Source of the DNA: Marsupella aquatica
Taxonomy: Eukaryota > Plantae > Marchantiophyta
DNA length: 64,000 bases
Reading direction: 5' to 3'
NCBI GenBank assembly: GCA_973895155.1
Contig: OZ316893.1
Coordinates: forward strand, 28,034,210 to 28,098,209
Positions 12,778-25,755 of the stretch are shown in pieces. How positions within the stretch are numbered: position 1 is the first letter of the stretch; every line of letters begins with the position of its first letter. The notes below the pieces were generated by a model. That model did not search any database, was not told the DNA's origin, and was given only the letters and a program-made list of their open reading frames with translations. The translations under genes and the position numbers were made by a program.

Positions 12778-13130
12778 GGGTATAACCATTGTGACAGCAA
12801 ACAGCAAATAGTTACTTGTAACAGCAAACGGGTGGTAAAACTTTTGGAATTTGTTGGGGAATTTTTTTTTGGGGAATTTTTTTGGGGGAAAAAATATTAA
12901 AAAAAAATTGTGAGTCGATATTTTTTTGGCTAGCGCTCGGAGCTAGTAATAGTATCGCCTTATACTAGCAAAAAATTGTCATGTTTTAAATTATTTTGAA
13001 AATTGTGACTTTTAATGACACATTTTTAGATTGTCTAGTTTGCTCGTAACACTAAATTTTTGCTCGTAACAGGAATTTTTTTGCTCGTAACAGTAAATTT
13101 GTTTGCTATTTGCTGTCACGGTGAAAACCC
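12778..13130. mobile_element. MITE, 353 bp (MULE-like if the TSD is 10 bp; an 8-bp reading is also possible)
   Basis: TIRs GGGTATAACCATTGTGACAGCAAACAGCAAA / TTTGCTATTTGCTGTCACGGTGAAAACCC. TCGCTGTACA is repeated at 12768-12777 and 13131-13140. Absent from the other LTR copies. Confidence 0.9.
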
Positions 13131-13596
13131 TCGCTGTACATAGGTAGATTACAGTTAGGATAGATTAGGCTTACGCTGCAAGGAATTAGGCGGATCCACT
13201 GCTAGGATAAGTACCTGGACAGCGGGGAGTTCAGGGCCTTATTCTTTAGCAAGTTTTTAGTGCACCAGTAGGGTTGGGTTCAAGTAGTAAAAGAAGCTCT
13301 CGGTTAGTTATACAGTGACCCTTGTGTATATTCATGTTTCCTCATGCCTAAGAGCTTAATAGAGTTGGCCTCACGGCTTAGTTCGCAGATCTTGTGTATG
13401 AGAAGTACTGTTTGTATGGCAAGTGCATGGTATAACTCAGTCAGAAGGAGTCATTTTGCTATTTGTGTGTTGCATTAACTTGTTTGAAGATTGCCCACAT
13501 CAACCAAGAGAGAAGGAAAGTAAGCAAGGCAGTAAGAGTTGGATGTGTTGAGTTGAGAGAGGTCTTAGCGGCTAACCCAAGCCAATTGGGGATCAT

Positions 13597-16500
13597 TGTG
13601 ACATGGGAATGTATCACTTAACCGAATGCAGGTTCTAGATTAGGACTTATACGGTCATTAGGACCGTCGCCGTAGCGTAGAATAGCACGAATAGTCGTCT
13701 TTGCCATTATGGATAGATTAGGAGTAGGTTAGTTGATTGAATGATTACAAATTAAGGAAGAGGATTATTACGCTCGACCAACGTACGGTGGCGGTGACAG
13801 AGTAAAAATCTGTTAGAAGAATCACGCTTGGACCGAGACGCCAACTTCAGCTCATTATCAACGACCAAAACAGCCTTGCCCGCTCATGCTCGAGCTCACC
13901 CTAGCACCTCCATAAGAGCGGAGTCGATAAGTGCTGTGGGCCATTTTCTCACTTCTACCTTTTGGAATTCGCGGACGTTGCCGTTCACTCTCGCCTTTTT
14001 CTCGAATCAAGCTGACCTTTACGAGGAGATTATCGAGGGATAAGAGCGGATTGTGGTGGGATTTTGTCAGGACGAGTAAGGCCTCCACCAGCAAGCGGAC
14101 CAGCCGGGCGGGAACGTAGACTTGACAAACCAGACTACAAAGGTTAGTATGACCCTTACAACCTTGGGATTTTGGACCTTGTTTGGCGAGGTAGGTGCTA
14201 AGTTCTCCGAGACTTACTGGTACTCTTGCCCCGAGAAGCCGTTTACGAGCGAAGATACGCGAAGTTGGTGGCCAAGGTAGCACAGGTTAACTATGAGAGG
14301 ACAACCATCACCAAGGATTCCACTTACAATGAGCTATGGGATTACATCACCGAGCTATATATCAGTGAGGAAGGGTTCAGATCGGTGGCAGAGGTGATTC
14401 TTGAAGTTCCCGCGAAGTTCTTTAGGCTGAGGGGCAGCCAGAGACTGACTCCAGCGGAGTTTGACAAGATTCCGGGATACATTGACCAACAGATTGCAGC
14501 CGAGAAGCGTGAAGAAGACATCAGCAGACAACAGGGAGCGGCGCGTAACCTTACGTTCCTCGAGGAAAGCTCCAACGCCTTCAACTGGGATATGGCTACC
14601 CCGACACCATCCCCAGCCCCTCAGCCAATGACCACCGGCGTACCACCAAACCGGTCCCAAGTCCGTTCCGTAAACAACATCGAGTGTTCCTCAGGTTCCG
14701 AGCAGGTTAGTCCGCAACTTGAGTAGCGTTCGCGGAAGCGGGCAAGGACGACGCCGGCCCCCGAACCGACAAGGCAAATCAACGCCGCCCCTGCACTTGC
14801 CCCGGTGAACCCCCCGACCAACCAGACCCAACGACCCGCGGATAACCCAAAGTCTAACTTACTACAGGTAATCCGTGTCCCCGAGGTAGTCTAGATCGCG
14901 ATCAAGAAACTCGACCACGTGGACTATCTCAAGGAGCATCATTTGGAGCAATTCGCTCACTTGCTATGGAGACCGTACGCAGCTGGGCCAAAGGAGATTT
15001 GTGAGTTCATCTCTAATTTCGACACGGACGCATCGACCACCAAGGTTGCAGGGCAGACCTTATCACTCACGGAGCATCGGCTAGCACAGATTTTATGCCT
15101 ATGGTGTCGGTTGAACTCCAAATTTGGGATAAGGAGTATACACCTCGACACTTCAAACCCGAGGGTAAGACAGACAACGGATACAAGTAGGGGTCATGCA
15201 CCAACTTAATCTGTATGGAGCGGCTTAACTTCATACGGACTACCCTACACATGATTGAGCCACGATCCGAGATCTCCCTCTGCACGATCGTACAGGTAGA
15301 ACAGTACAAACAGCGGAACTGGGCCCAATTCTTTTACCGTAGGTTCTGGGGAGAGCTTAAGCGGGCTTAGGGAGGTATGGCTATCAGGGTTAAGACTTAC
15401 TTGGGAAGTCATATCGCCATTATCCTTGCCTGGTACAAGGCACGGCGGGAGGCCAAGGGAAAGAATATGGCCACCTCAGCCCTGACTAATGTCACCCCCG
15501 CTCCGGAGGAGGCTACCTCGAGCGAGCGGACTACCTCACCTCGGGCAAACCCCAAACCGGAGGCCCCGACTAATACTCCTTCACCTCCCCAGGTTGAAAT
15601 TCCGCCGCCCCCTTCCGTCGAGCCTCTGCTACCCCCGGTACAACCACCTCCAATCCCTCCACCACGTGAAGAAACCTTTCCCTCCCCATTTCAGACTACG
15701 GAGGAGCTCGCCGCCCCACCCAAGGAACCGCCGGTACCCGAGAGGATGGAGGACTACCAAGTAGCCCTGGGGACCATGGCCTACGACCTGGTCAAGAAGT
15801 TTAGTCAGACTCTGTCAGGGGAGCTGGCGACGTACATCGGACAACAAATCTCAGCGTACTTTCAACCAACCTTCTTCATGTTAGAGCACCAACCACGGAT
15901 CATAAGCCGCTTGGAGGAAGAACTCATGGCAAAGGGGAACGAGATCGGGCACCTCCAAATGTTGGTAGAACACCTCGAGGAGGAGGCCACTACCCGTCGT
16001 GAGGAGTTAGCCCGCACCGTCGAACAGCGTGATGGACTAACCCAGGAGTTGAGTAGGGCGCAAACGGATCTCAAGAAGCTGGATGACACCGTGCTTCAAT
16101 TGCGCTCAGAATCCTTGGCTCGGGTTACCAGCCTGACCAACCTCAACAAGCAATTCCTGCAGGCAGCTCAGCAGGTGGCTAGTCTCTCCGCCGAACGGGA
16201 TAAATGGCTGGCGCATGACCAGCTCAACCTGGAGGTAGCATGGCTCCAAGTAGAGGCCAATGAGGCGGCAAACAAGGCAGAGGAGGCGGTACGGGATAAC
16301 AAGGCCTTGCAAGACCGCATTACTCTGCTCGTCCTCCAGCGGGCAAGACCTGGGCCCACCTCTGAGCAAGGCGGCTCGAGGTCTCGCCCCGATAGGGGGA
16401 CAAACCCTGGTCCGACCACAACACGCATGTAAGGGGTGGTTAGCGAAGGGTGGGAGCAGGCACCGCGCAAGGCAATTGAGTCAGCGGCATCTTTTTGATT

Positions 16501-17422
16501 AGGCTTAACGACATAATAGTTGTCATTAGGCGCCAATTAATGGCACAATAGGAAGAATTAGGACAACATCAGTTAGGATCAGCCGACGTAGGATAGAGTC
16601 CATCAACGGACTAGATTTTGGTCAGTAGACTTAGCTACTGCCACCCCAGTCAGCGCCCTTGCCGCCGACGGTCAACCGATCAGAGGAGTACGGCCGGTTA
16701 GTCATAAGGTAGTTAGTCAGTAGGCATTACCCCGAAAGGTAGTATCTTCCGGTTCCTTTCCGCAACTGTAGTATTTAGGCCTCCCCTTCCACTGTGGAGA
16801 GGGGAGAGAAGGCTTAGTTATCTCAGCGCAAGAAAAGGCAAGGCATGGGGAGTCCCGGCCTGAGCAGGGTCAGAGTACACTAAGGAGTGAGAGCCAGAGT
16901 CGAGCTTGTTGGGCAAGCACGGGGCGGGGCCTCGTGGAGACTGGGCATCGACTGCCGTTGGGCCTGCTGACCCCCTTAGAAGTCGAGTCAACTATGTAAG
17001 TTGATTCTTTGCTGAGTGAATGTAGTCTTTTCCCCCTAATGTTTCCGCGAGTAACTGGTGTTGTGTGTATGCTTTGTCTGGGCAAAAGCGCCATTTCAAG
17101 GGACGTACCGGGTGTGGACTAATGGTAGGGATTGCCACCCATTGCATGTCACAAGGTTCTCTCGCGTCGATGGCTTCAAAGCCCCAAGCCGGGAGTTAGT
17201 CCGAGTCACTAACTGTGGAAATATTCCAACGGTGGAAAACAAATATACCTATGACCAGTACGAGTTGCGTAAGTATTATACCGGTCAGTATATTGACTTA
17301 GCCCGACTTAGGGCTAATCGAGGCCACTACACACCTCCTTGCCCGAACCCTCACCCCTACTGGTGGTCGAGGTTGCCCCATGGAACTAAACTGGATTTAA
17401 GGCCCGGGTTAGGGGCGCAATA
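13597..17422 (+). mobile_element. Probable solo LTR of a second family (3826 bp), ORF-bearing
   Basis: Termini TGTGAC...GCAATA (likely a mutated CA end). 5-bp TSD ATCAT at 13592-13596 and 17423-17427. The empty site GGGATCATTCCGG is visible near 4066. No gag/pol inside. Confidence 0.85.
14226..16432 (+). pseudogene. Family-2 LTR ORF, same architecture as the family-1 LTR ORF
   Basis: LEQFAHLLW...ICEFISNFD...VAGQTLSLTEHRLAQIL parallels LEAFVRLPW...LLEFVGSWE...IYGKDFYLTPKVIAEVF. Followed by a Pro-rich linker and coiled coil. Broken by stops and a frameshift. Confidence 0.75.
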
Positions 17423-17683
17423 ATCATTCCGGCTGCGCAATCCAAACATACCTAAAGGAAGACCAGGAGAGGAAGAAAAGGGAAGGCATAGAATAGGCCG
17501 GCTACTTATCTCATGACCCAATGAAGGATCTGTCCAGTATATGTGTGTAAAATGTTAGTAGAAGAGAGTTAGCAGCGTCCCATGCCGCTAAGCCGCAAAA
17601 CCGGCCTCGCCGAGAGCGAAACCTACGGGAATCGGCTTGTGCAGGGGGTTTCTTGTGTTTAGGGAGCCATGGGACGCACCATA

Positions 17684-19212
17684 GTGTATGTGGTAATTGT
17701 TAGCTCGTATATCTCGGAAACTGATCAAGTTTCTTGTGGCCTTGGGTGCATAGATTGCCGAGGCTATATTGATTATTGTGCCCCGAGGGAAACAAATAGA
17801 TGCAGGGCCATTCCCTTCCTCAATATGGGTCCTTGGGGGGTTGACTATCAAAAATCTTAGGAACCACGTGCGATCCAAAATAGGTATTTTGGCAGATTTT
17901 AACTAAATTTTTAAAAAGCGTAGGAGACAAAAGAAGGTATTATAAACTCATGTTTATAGAATATTCTTTAATATATACCCTTTATAAAGTAAAATAGGTT
18001 ATTAATATTGAAAATAGAGAATATTCCTAGAATATTTTCTTTATAAAATAGGTCTATTTATATTAGGCTAGGATCGCATGTGGTACCCTAAAATATACAC
18101 TTAGTTAACCCCCCGAGTATGGGTCTGGCCTGTGATTGTAGTTATATATGGCTCTTTTGGATGCAATAATTGTTCAAAAGAAGTGCCAGTTTCTTAGATC
18201 AAGGTGAGCAACTTGTGTTTCGGGAAGGACTGCATCTTGTGTATAGGCATTTATATTCTCTTGGATCTCCATAAAATTTCCTTGTGCCTCATATGTTTGC
18301 CTGTTAATACTTTCTTTATAGAGCTTAACTAAGTGTGCAAGAGCTCTACATTCTTTTTGTAAATGTCCTGTCATACCACATCGGAAACAAGAAGGTGTAG
18401 TGGACTTATCTCCTGGTTGTGTTGTGTAGCCTCTACCTCGATTCCATCCGCAACCTCCTCTTCTATTCCAAGTGGTGCCCCGAAGGGGTTCTTGGAATTC
18501 CGGTCGGTCTCCTCCTCTGCCTTTGTATCCTTGGTAACGTCCTCTTCAAATGGGTGTCCTCTGCTCCCCCTGAAACCTCCACGTCCTCGTCCCCTGAATC
18601 TTGAGGAGGATTCTATAAGGTGAGTTTCTGATCTGGGTGGAGGTGCCGCACTCCCTTGTGGTCTTGTCTTTGCATTATGTAGCAACAGTATTTGATGCTT
18701 CTCAGCGAGGAGCATATGAGATATTAATTGAGAGTATCTCGTGAAATTCATGTTTCGATATTGAGAGGCAAGAACTATGTTAGTTACATGAAAAGTGGAC
18801 AGAGTCTTTTTGATTTGCTCCGCATCGTCGACTGGATTTCCGCAAACTGCTAATTGGGAGGTAATGCGGAACAGTTCACTGTTATAACTTGCAATTGTGC
18901 TATAATCTTGTACTCGCAGATTTATCCAATGGTGGCAGGCAGTTGGAAGTGATGTCATCCGCATGTGATCGAATCATAATTGTAGTTCGTCCCATAGGAC
19001 CCTTGGGTTGTAATGATTTAGATATTGAGTCTTAAGCGACTCAGCAAGATGGTGCGTGATAAGAATCAAGGCCTAAGCCTTCTGTTGCAATGTAGTACCT
19101 GCATCAGTTAAGATTGTGTCCTGTAGGTTTTTAGATGCTAGATGTGCCTCCACATCTAAAGACCAAGACAAGTAATTTGCGCCATCGATCGCTTTAAAAT
19201 GTAATTTTTCCA
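17684..19212 (-). pseudogene. gag: Copia gag/protease remnant
   Basis: MEKLHFKAIDGANYLSWSLDVEAHL, WINLRVQDYSTIASYNSELFRITSQL and ATRNLISFRDIRANNYHI. Multiple stops and frameshifts. Confidence 0.85.
17832..18117. mobile_element. MITE, 286 bp, 8-bp TSD (hAT-like)
   Basis: TIRs CTTGGGGGGTTGACTA...CCACGTGCGATCC / GGATCGCATGTGG...TAGTTAACCCCCCGAG. TSD TATGGGTC at 17824-17831 and 18118-18125. Removing it restores the Copia peptide GQTHIEEG. Confidence 0.88.
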
Positions 19213-20727
19213 TGATTGGTGGCTGCAACTGGATGCTTCGATGTTGGCTTGTAATAAAATTCTTTGATAATGCAATCGTTGTGGAGATGGTATCATTCAA
19301 GTCTGGAGATAAGCTCACTGAGTTCAAATCTGGAAATCAGCTCCAATCGAGGGAGAGGAAAATAAAAATAAAATTTATGAATAGTTCTGAAGTTCAACTT
19401 CACGCCATCAACCTCTGCCTAAAAAAATTTTGTCCCATACATCAGCTCGTGCTGATAATATGTTTCGCTCTATATATTCATCAACATCCATCCTTCTTCT
19501 ATTACAAATGTAAATGTATATATGGGTTACAATTGAGGGGCAGTTGGGTAACTGTCCTAACCTCTAAGGGTTACTTAGCGTGTAATGTAATGGTCACTTA
19601 GAGTGTAATCTAGATGTTATAACAGTCTAAGAGTTTTTGAGAGCATTACAACAAAGCATTATTTAATAAGTGAGCCTTCCCATGACTATATGACCTCCAA
19701 TATGCCAACATTAATGGCTTCCAATATGACAGCATGAGTGACCCCACTTTTAGTCATTCAGATGAAGCACCATTTAATTCACAAATGACTCAATGAACTC
19801 CCTTGTACCTCCAAAGAGAACCCCCCCAATAGCCTTTGTAAAGACCACATTTCCAGTCATTTGGTACTTCTGACCTCTAGTATGACAACCAAGATGACCC
19901 TAATTTTAGGTGTTTTCATTAACGACACACCATGAGGGACCTCTCTAATGGGGGTTTGTATGGTGCGAGGAAACAGGAGAAATTGATAGCGAGGTTAATG
20001 TTTGCTAGCGAGGTAAGAGTGGCAGATTGGGAGGATAGTGAGATTTCTACAACAGAAATGAATCTTTTTCTAGAATGGGATCACTCCATTTTATGTCTAG
20101 CGAGGTCGCTAGCCTTCAATCACTACAAACCATATGAATATACACAAGCAAGTAAAACACCAGGCGGATATGAAAAGGCATAGTGAATGAATGAACTCAC
20201 ATTTCAAAAATGTTTCAAAGTCATATTTCCAAAAAAAATACTGCCTCCAATACTTTGTCAAAATTGATAGTAAGTTTGAGTAAATAGTGTAGGGATATCC
20301 TTCTATTCCCTCAAAAAATCAGAAGTCACTTGAATGACTTTCATCCGACTCTATATCATTCCTACTACTAGAATTGTTCTGGTCACTGCTGAAATCCCGA
20401 TCAGTTGACTCAGCAGACTCAGCAGACTCATCAACATATTGCTTAACAAGGCATGCCTCATCGTCAACAAAAGGCAAGCAATATAAATTTTGTCTGGCGC
20501 CACGATGTGACCTACGACCTTTGCCTTCCCAGGTGACTACAAAAGCATTATCCGACTGAATTGCCGACTTCTCTGCATAGCAAGGCAGAGTAAACGTATT
20601 TTGAGGAGAAATAATGCAAGATTCTTCAATCTTCCTTCAAAGCCAAAATCTCTCTTCAGAAAACCAGTCGACACGAGTATCTCTGAAATCAGGAAAACAA
20701 TCATAGCACTATGAATGAAATATCCAA

Positions 20728-21612
20728 TCAAAAGACAATAGAAAGCTTCACTAGCCAATTGATTAAAGCAAAGGGATCTGGTATAAGCGAGAGGATCAGT
20801 ACATTACTCCAGGTCAAATTCATCATCGCCATCTTTTGCATCAGGAACATTAGGAGCTCCATATCTTTGTTTTTTCCACTCTTTGATCCTGCAAGAGAAA
20901 ATTCATCATTTGAATCAAACTCCTCCAATGTTTCAGTGAGGTCTTCAATTTTCTTGTGTCTCTCAAGAACACTCTTCAATGCCTTCTCTGCAACACCATG
21001 GAGAATATCCCTATCCTCGACCCCAACAATGAACCTCCCAGAGAGTTCTCCAGCTGAAAATGAACTACCGTCTCCAATATTCCAATCAAGCACAATGTCT
21101 CTAGGCTTTGTGAGAAGCTCCATAACAGCCTGCATGAATCCAACAGACAACCGACAAGAACCGGAAAAAGCTAACTCTGCCCTGGTATCCCTTTTTGGAT
21201 AACAAAGACTCAACATTGTCTTATGTGATGCATCTTCAGACGTTGCCAGAGGGACATACTTTGGGTCTTTTGGGATCTTCCCATTCAATTCAACTTGACA
21301 AATTAAAAGACATCCAGGCTTAAGTTGCAAACCTGGAAAAGAACAAAAAAACCTCAATTAGTGAATCCAGGAAGGCCAGCGAGATCGCTTTCAAAACAAC
21401 ACACTAAATCCTGAAATTTTCACTCAAATCTCACCTCAATGTTCATGTCTGGCATCCACATTGGGGACCCCAATAAAACATGGTACTTCCGAAGGTGTTT
21501 AAATTTGTTCCTTTGTTCAACAACAGAAACAATTTGCTTTGTGTGGTTAAATTCTCCACTGTGGAGAATGGCCACATACCCATCATCGGACAACATGGAC
21601 CTCATCACTCCA
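20728..21612 (-). pseudogene. C-terminal exons of a beta-class N4C/N6A DNA methyltransferase-like gene
   Basis: FMQAVMELLTKPRDIVLDWNIGDGSSFSAGELSGRFIVGVE resembles the SAM-binding end of beta MTases (L.KPGDIVLDPF.GSGT...GR.FIGIE). Upstream exon MLSDDGYVAIL, GT-AG intron ~21434-21333. The 5' part is cut off by the LTR at 21613. Confidence 0.6.
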
Positions 21613-24600
21613 TGTGGTGCGTCCCATGGCTCCCTCAACCCAAGAAACCCCCCTGCACAAGCCGATTCCCACAGGTTTCGCGGCTTAGCGGCATGGGACG
21701 CTGCTAACTTCCTTCTACTAACATTTTACACACATATACTGGACAGATCCTTCATCAGGTAATGAGATACGTAGCCGGCCTCTTCTATGCCTTCCCTTGT
21801 CCTCCTCTCCTGGTATTCCTTTAGGTATGTTTGGATTCCGCCGCCGGAATGATCCCCAACTAGCTTGGGTTAGCCGCTAAGACCTCTCTCAGCTCGACAC
21901 ATCCAACTCTTACTACCTTGCTTACTCCCTTCTTGGTTGATGTGGGCAATCTTCAAACAAGTTAATGCAACACACAAATAGCAAAATGACTCCTTTTGAC
22001 TGAGTTATACCATGCACTTGCCATACAAACAGTACTTCTCATACACAAGATCTGCGAACTAAGCCGTGAGGCCAACTCTATTCATCTCTTAGGTATGAGG
22101 AAACATGAATATACACAAGGGTCACAACATAACTAATCGAGAGCTTCTTTAACTACTTGATCCCAGCCCTGTTGGTGCACTAAAAATTTGCTAAGGACGA
22201 AGGCCCTGAACCCCCCGCTGCCCAGGTACTTATCCTGGCAGTGGATCCGTCCAATTCCTTGCAGCGTAAGCCTAATCTAACCTGACCGTAATCTACCTAT
22301 GTACAGCGAGGCAGGAGCACAAGTGTTGCTCTTACCAGTGGATCCGCAATCCCACTAAGCTAAGTGTCAGGGCCGCCTCCCGGTCCTGATCCTAATTCTA
22401 AACTTGGAGATTTGAGCCCGCCCTACCCACTCACGCCTCCTCCCTCCACGTCCTCCCTCCTTAAAAGGAGCGGCCCTCCACCACCGTCATGGTAGTGGTG
22501 GCTGATCCTCAATGGATGCCCCCAACACTTCCTCCGTAGCCACTACCGTAGGTCTGTCCTCTGACAGATTACCTGCTTCGGACCAAGTCAACTCTCCATC
22601 GGCCTGATTGGGTCCACCCTCGGCTTTGGCCTCAGGATCGGCCACGGCCTATGATATGGCTACGGCTTCCCCAGCCTGCTCTAGTAGTGGATTCGGTACA
22701 CCGGCCTCATCACTGAGCATTCCGGCTTCGCCCTTACCATCCCCGCCTTGTAGGATAGTTGGATCCTCTGCCATGACCCTGCCTGAGGTTGGTGCCGGGT
22801 TTACCTCCTTGGTCACGACGGCTTGAGAAGCCGTGTTACTCCCTGACCCAGAAGGTTTTTGCTTTTTCTTCTTCCCTGTTTCGGCAGCTGGTCCCTTCCC
22901 CTTGCCACTTACCTCCGGCACCGGTGTGAGTGTCTCGGCTTGTCCTTTGGCCAATACTACTCCTGGCAACTTGGTTGCCCCAATTGGAGTTGGACCTGAG
23001 GAAGCCAAGCACTTAAATACGGCGGCCTGTTTCTTCAGCCGCTCCGTTTGGTTGTCGGCTCGCCGCTGTAAGTTCTCCATCTTCCACGTGCTTTCCTCCA
23101 ATTCCTCTTGCAATTCGTCCAGGTCCTTGCACGCCTCCTCCAGCTCCTTCTAGGCTTCCTCCAACTCTCTTTGGGCTTCCTCTAGCTCCTTTTTTAAGGT
23201 AGCCCTCTCCTCCTAGGTTGCTCTTAGCTCCTTGTCAAGCTCCATTACGACCTCAGACTCCATTTTATTCATCTTGGCATAAGTCTGGTCGAGCTGGTCG
23301 TCTTTCTCATGGAGGTTGGCCTTGAAGCTGGCCGTCAGGGATGCAAGCTCCTGTCGTAGCACAATAATTGCCTGATAGGATTTCCCTAACTCGGCCTCCT
23401 TCTGCTCAAGGGCTCCGCGGATATCCTCGAGCTCCCCCTTCAACGCCCTCTCCCTTCTCTGGGTCTCCACCATGGCCCGGTTGTTGGCTGCTATGTGGGC
23501 CTCCTCTGTGTCCCTCAGCTCTCGCTTCCACTTCTCCTTCTCCTTGATCGCATCGGCCAACTCCCCTTGGGTCCGAGTCAGTTTGTCCTTGATAATCTGA
23601 TTATCAGACTGCGCGGTATCCAATTTCCCCTGCATGATGTTTAGCTCATGCCACTTAATCCGCAACTCATCTTGGCTTTCTTGGCTACCTTTAGGTCTTC
23701 TATCTCGGCTTCCCTTGCCCTAAGCTGATGGATGACCTCGTCCTTCTTGCTTCTCTCCAAAGCCACCGCTTCTTCTAATCAGCGCTTCTCCAACATCTCC
23801 CTCTGGAAAAGGGTCCCTCCTCCAACTCCTCCCCAAAGATGCTGAGCACAAGTTCTCCACACATCTCCCCGTACTCCATGGCTCTTTCTTTAGCATAGGC
23901 GGAGTGAGTAGAAGTCATCGACATCAACCATCGCGGCCTTTGTTCCCAAGCCGCCTTGCGGATTTCTTCTATTGTGGCTGGAGGGCTGCTTCGTTTTTCT
24001 GCAAGCCGCCTGATGTGCTCTGGCCATTCTCCCCCTGGTAAATCTTTCTCCCTAGCTAGGGCTGCCTTCTCTTCCTCCCTGAGTCGCTTCTGAAACTCTT
24101 GTGCCATCTGTTTTATGCCGTCAAAGCTCGGGGGAACAACATCTGGTGGGGGAGACTCTGGGCTGCTCTGCTAGGTGGGGTCCCCTCGAACTACTCTTGG
24201 AAGAGTGGGGATGAACCTGCCACAGGTCCTTACTCCTGGAACATGATGGTCCGACCCGTAGCCAGAGTCATCATTGTCATAGCCTTCTACCGCCTCCTCC
24301 GTGGCTTGGACTACCGGCTCCCCCCGCTGCTCTCCTGGTTTTGCCGTGAACACAGCCTCACAGATCATGGGTCCTGGTTCCTCCTCCGACTTCCAGGTTG
24401 ATCTCTTCTTCTCCTTGTCGCGACTAGGAGCTTCGGGCTGCTTTTCCTCAACTTCGGGACTTGAGACTCCTACATAAATTTGGGCTCCCGGCTCGTGTTC
24501 CAGCCTCCCTCTCTCCTTGGCCTTGGTAAAGGGGTTTTCCCTGGTAAGTTGGCTTAGGCCGACTTTGGGAGCAGTATTCTGTACCGGTCCCATTGCCGTT

Positions 24601-25528
24601 GCCATTCTCCTTTCCTTCTCTAGCAATTTCAACAGATTCTGGTTGTTGCATCGGCAAGTCTTCCTTCCTTGGCCTAAACACCTGCTTGATTGTAGGATTG
24701 TCGGGCTGGGTTGGTTTCTCTGTTGCCGGCCTCTTTTCCGGAACCTCCTCTAGTGCTCTTGCCTGCAGGGGAAGTATCGGGGCAAATATCTGACTTCGGG
24801 CATACCGGCACAACAGCGGCATATGATAGCCAAGCCGGGACACGCTTCCCTTGCCGATCACTTGCTGATCCTCCTTCAAGTTTTTATTCAATTGGGTGAG
24901 GAGGTATCCGTTGTAGTCCCGGTTGGGGTCTGGCCTCTCCGCCAGGTAAACCTGTGCTTTGCCGATCTATGGCCTCGGCAAGTTGCAATGCATGGTTACC
25001 CGCAAGAAATCGATCATCTCCCCAATGTGCAGGATGGTGTAGGTGTTCCGGAAGAAGCCATTCTTTGTTGATGGCCCTGGGAACGACCGGAACTCCTTGT
25101 CAGGCAAGGTCTTCCTGGTATCAACTTTGGTCTTATTGCCCATCGGCAAGCCAAATGCTTCAGCAATCACTCGGGGAGTGAGATAGAAATCCTTCCCATA
25201 CACCCTTGTGGAATTGGACTCGGGCTCCCAGGATCCCACAAATTCTAATAAGTCTGAATCCGGCACCTCCGGCTTCAGCCATGGTAACTTCACAAAGGCT
25301 TCCAAGCCGGATCCGGCCATGAAGCCTTGGTACTTTTGAGTCTGCATAGCCGTAAAGCATGCATCCTCTTCACGTGCAAAGTGTAATTGCACTTCCTCGG
25401 GGAGGGTCGCCGCCCATCCTTTCCAGGTGTCATCTCTTGTCAGAACGACATTGATGGGGTCGACCTCCTCTTCTTTGGCTTCTTCCTGCCTCCTGCTCCC
25501 TTGCTCAGTTGCCCGTTCTAACAGGCAT
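21613..25528 (-). repeat. Family-1 LTR copy, inverted, with degenerate ORF (22487-25528); interrupted at 25529
   Basis: Begins with the reverse complement of the LTR terminus (TGTGGTGCGTCCC). Minus-strand ORF fragments match the 22-3420 protein. Internal deletion near 25505. Confidence 0.9.
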
Positions 25529-25755
25529 TGTGATGCCTAACCAGGAATCACTAGGCCAATTAAGTGGGGAAAACGGAGGTGTACCCTATAAACACATTAG
25601 TATAGTAACAAAAACAAGGAAAATATAAACAATTAAGGGTGACTATGGAACCCGGGCCGAGGCCGGAGGTAAGGACGCTGGGGGAGAGAACACGATTAGG
25701 GTTAGGGCGCGCTAAGCATCGGCGGCTAGGGGTAACCAACGGGAGGAAAGACCAG
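25529..25755 (+). repeat. Family-1 LTR copy, 5' piece containing the ORF start ATG at 25645
   Basis: TGTGATGCCTAACCAGGAATCAC matches the start at 10564. Continues at 50315. Confidence 0.9.

Larger units (their letters stand above)
1..17683 (+). mobile_element. Ty3/Gypsy LTR retrotransposon, non-chromovirus type, 5' end outside window
   Basis: Order is LTR-PBS-gag-PR-RT-RH-IN-PPT-LTR. No chromodomain follows the integrase. The right flank is an interrupted Copia coding sequence. Confidence 0.95.
10564..17683 (+). repeat. 3' LTR of family 1, with an internal deletion and two nested insertions
   Basis: Starts TGTGATGCCT, the same start as the copy at 25529, and ends GGGACGCACCATA. Near 10820 it jumps to the equivalent of ~1660 of the 5' LTR. 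Interrupted at 12778-13130 and 13597-17422. Confidence 0.9.
17684..19624 (-). mobile_element. Ty1/Copia element, Bianca-like, 5' part (cut by the Gypsy insertion)
   Basis: 164-bp LTR at 19461-19624 (TGTTAT...AAACA on minus), followed by TATTATCAGCACGAG, a Bianca-type PBS, and then a degenerate gag-protease. Confidence 0.85.
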
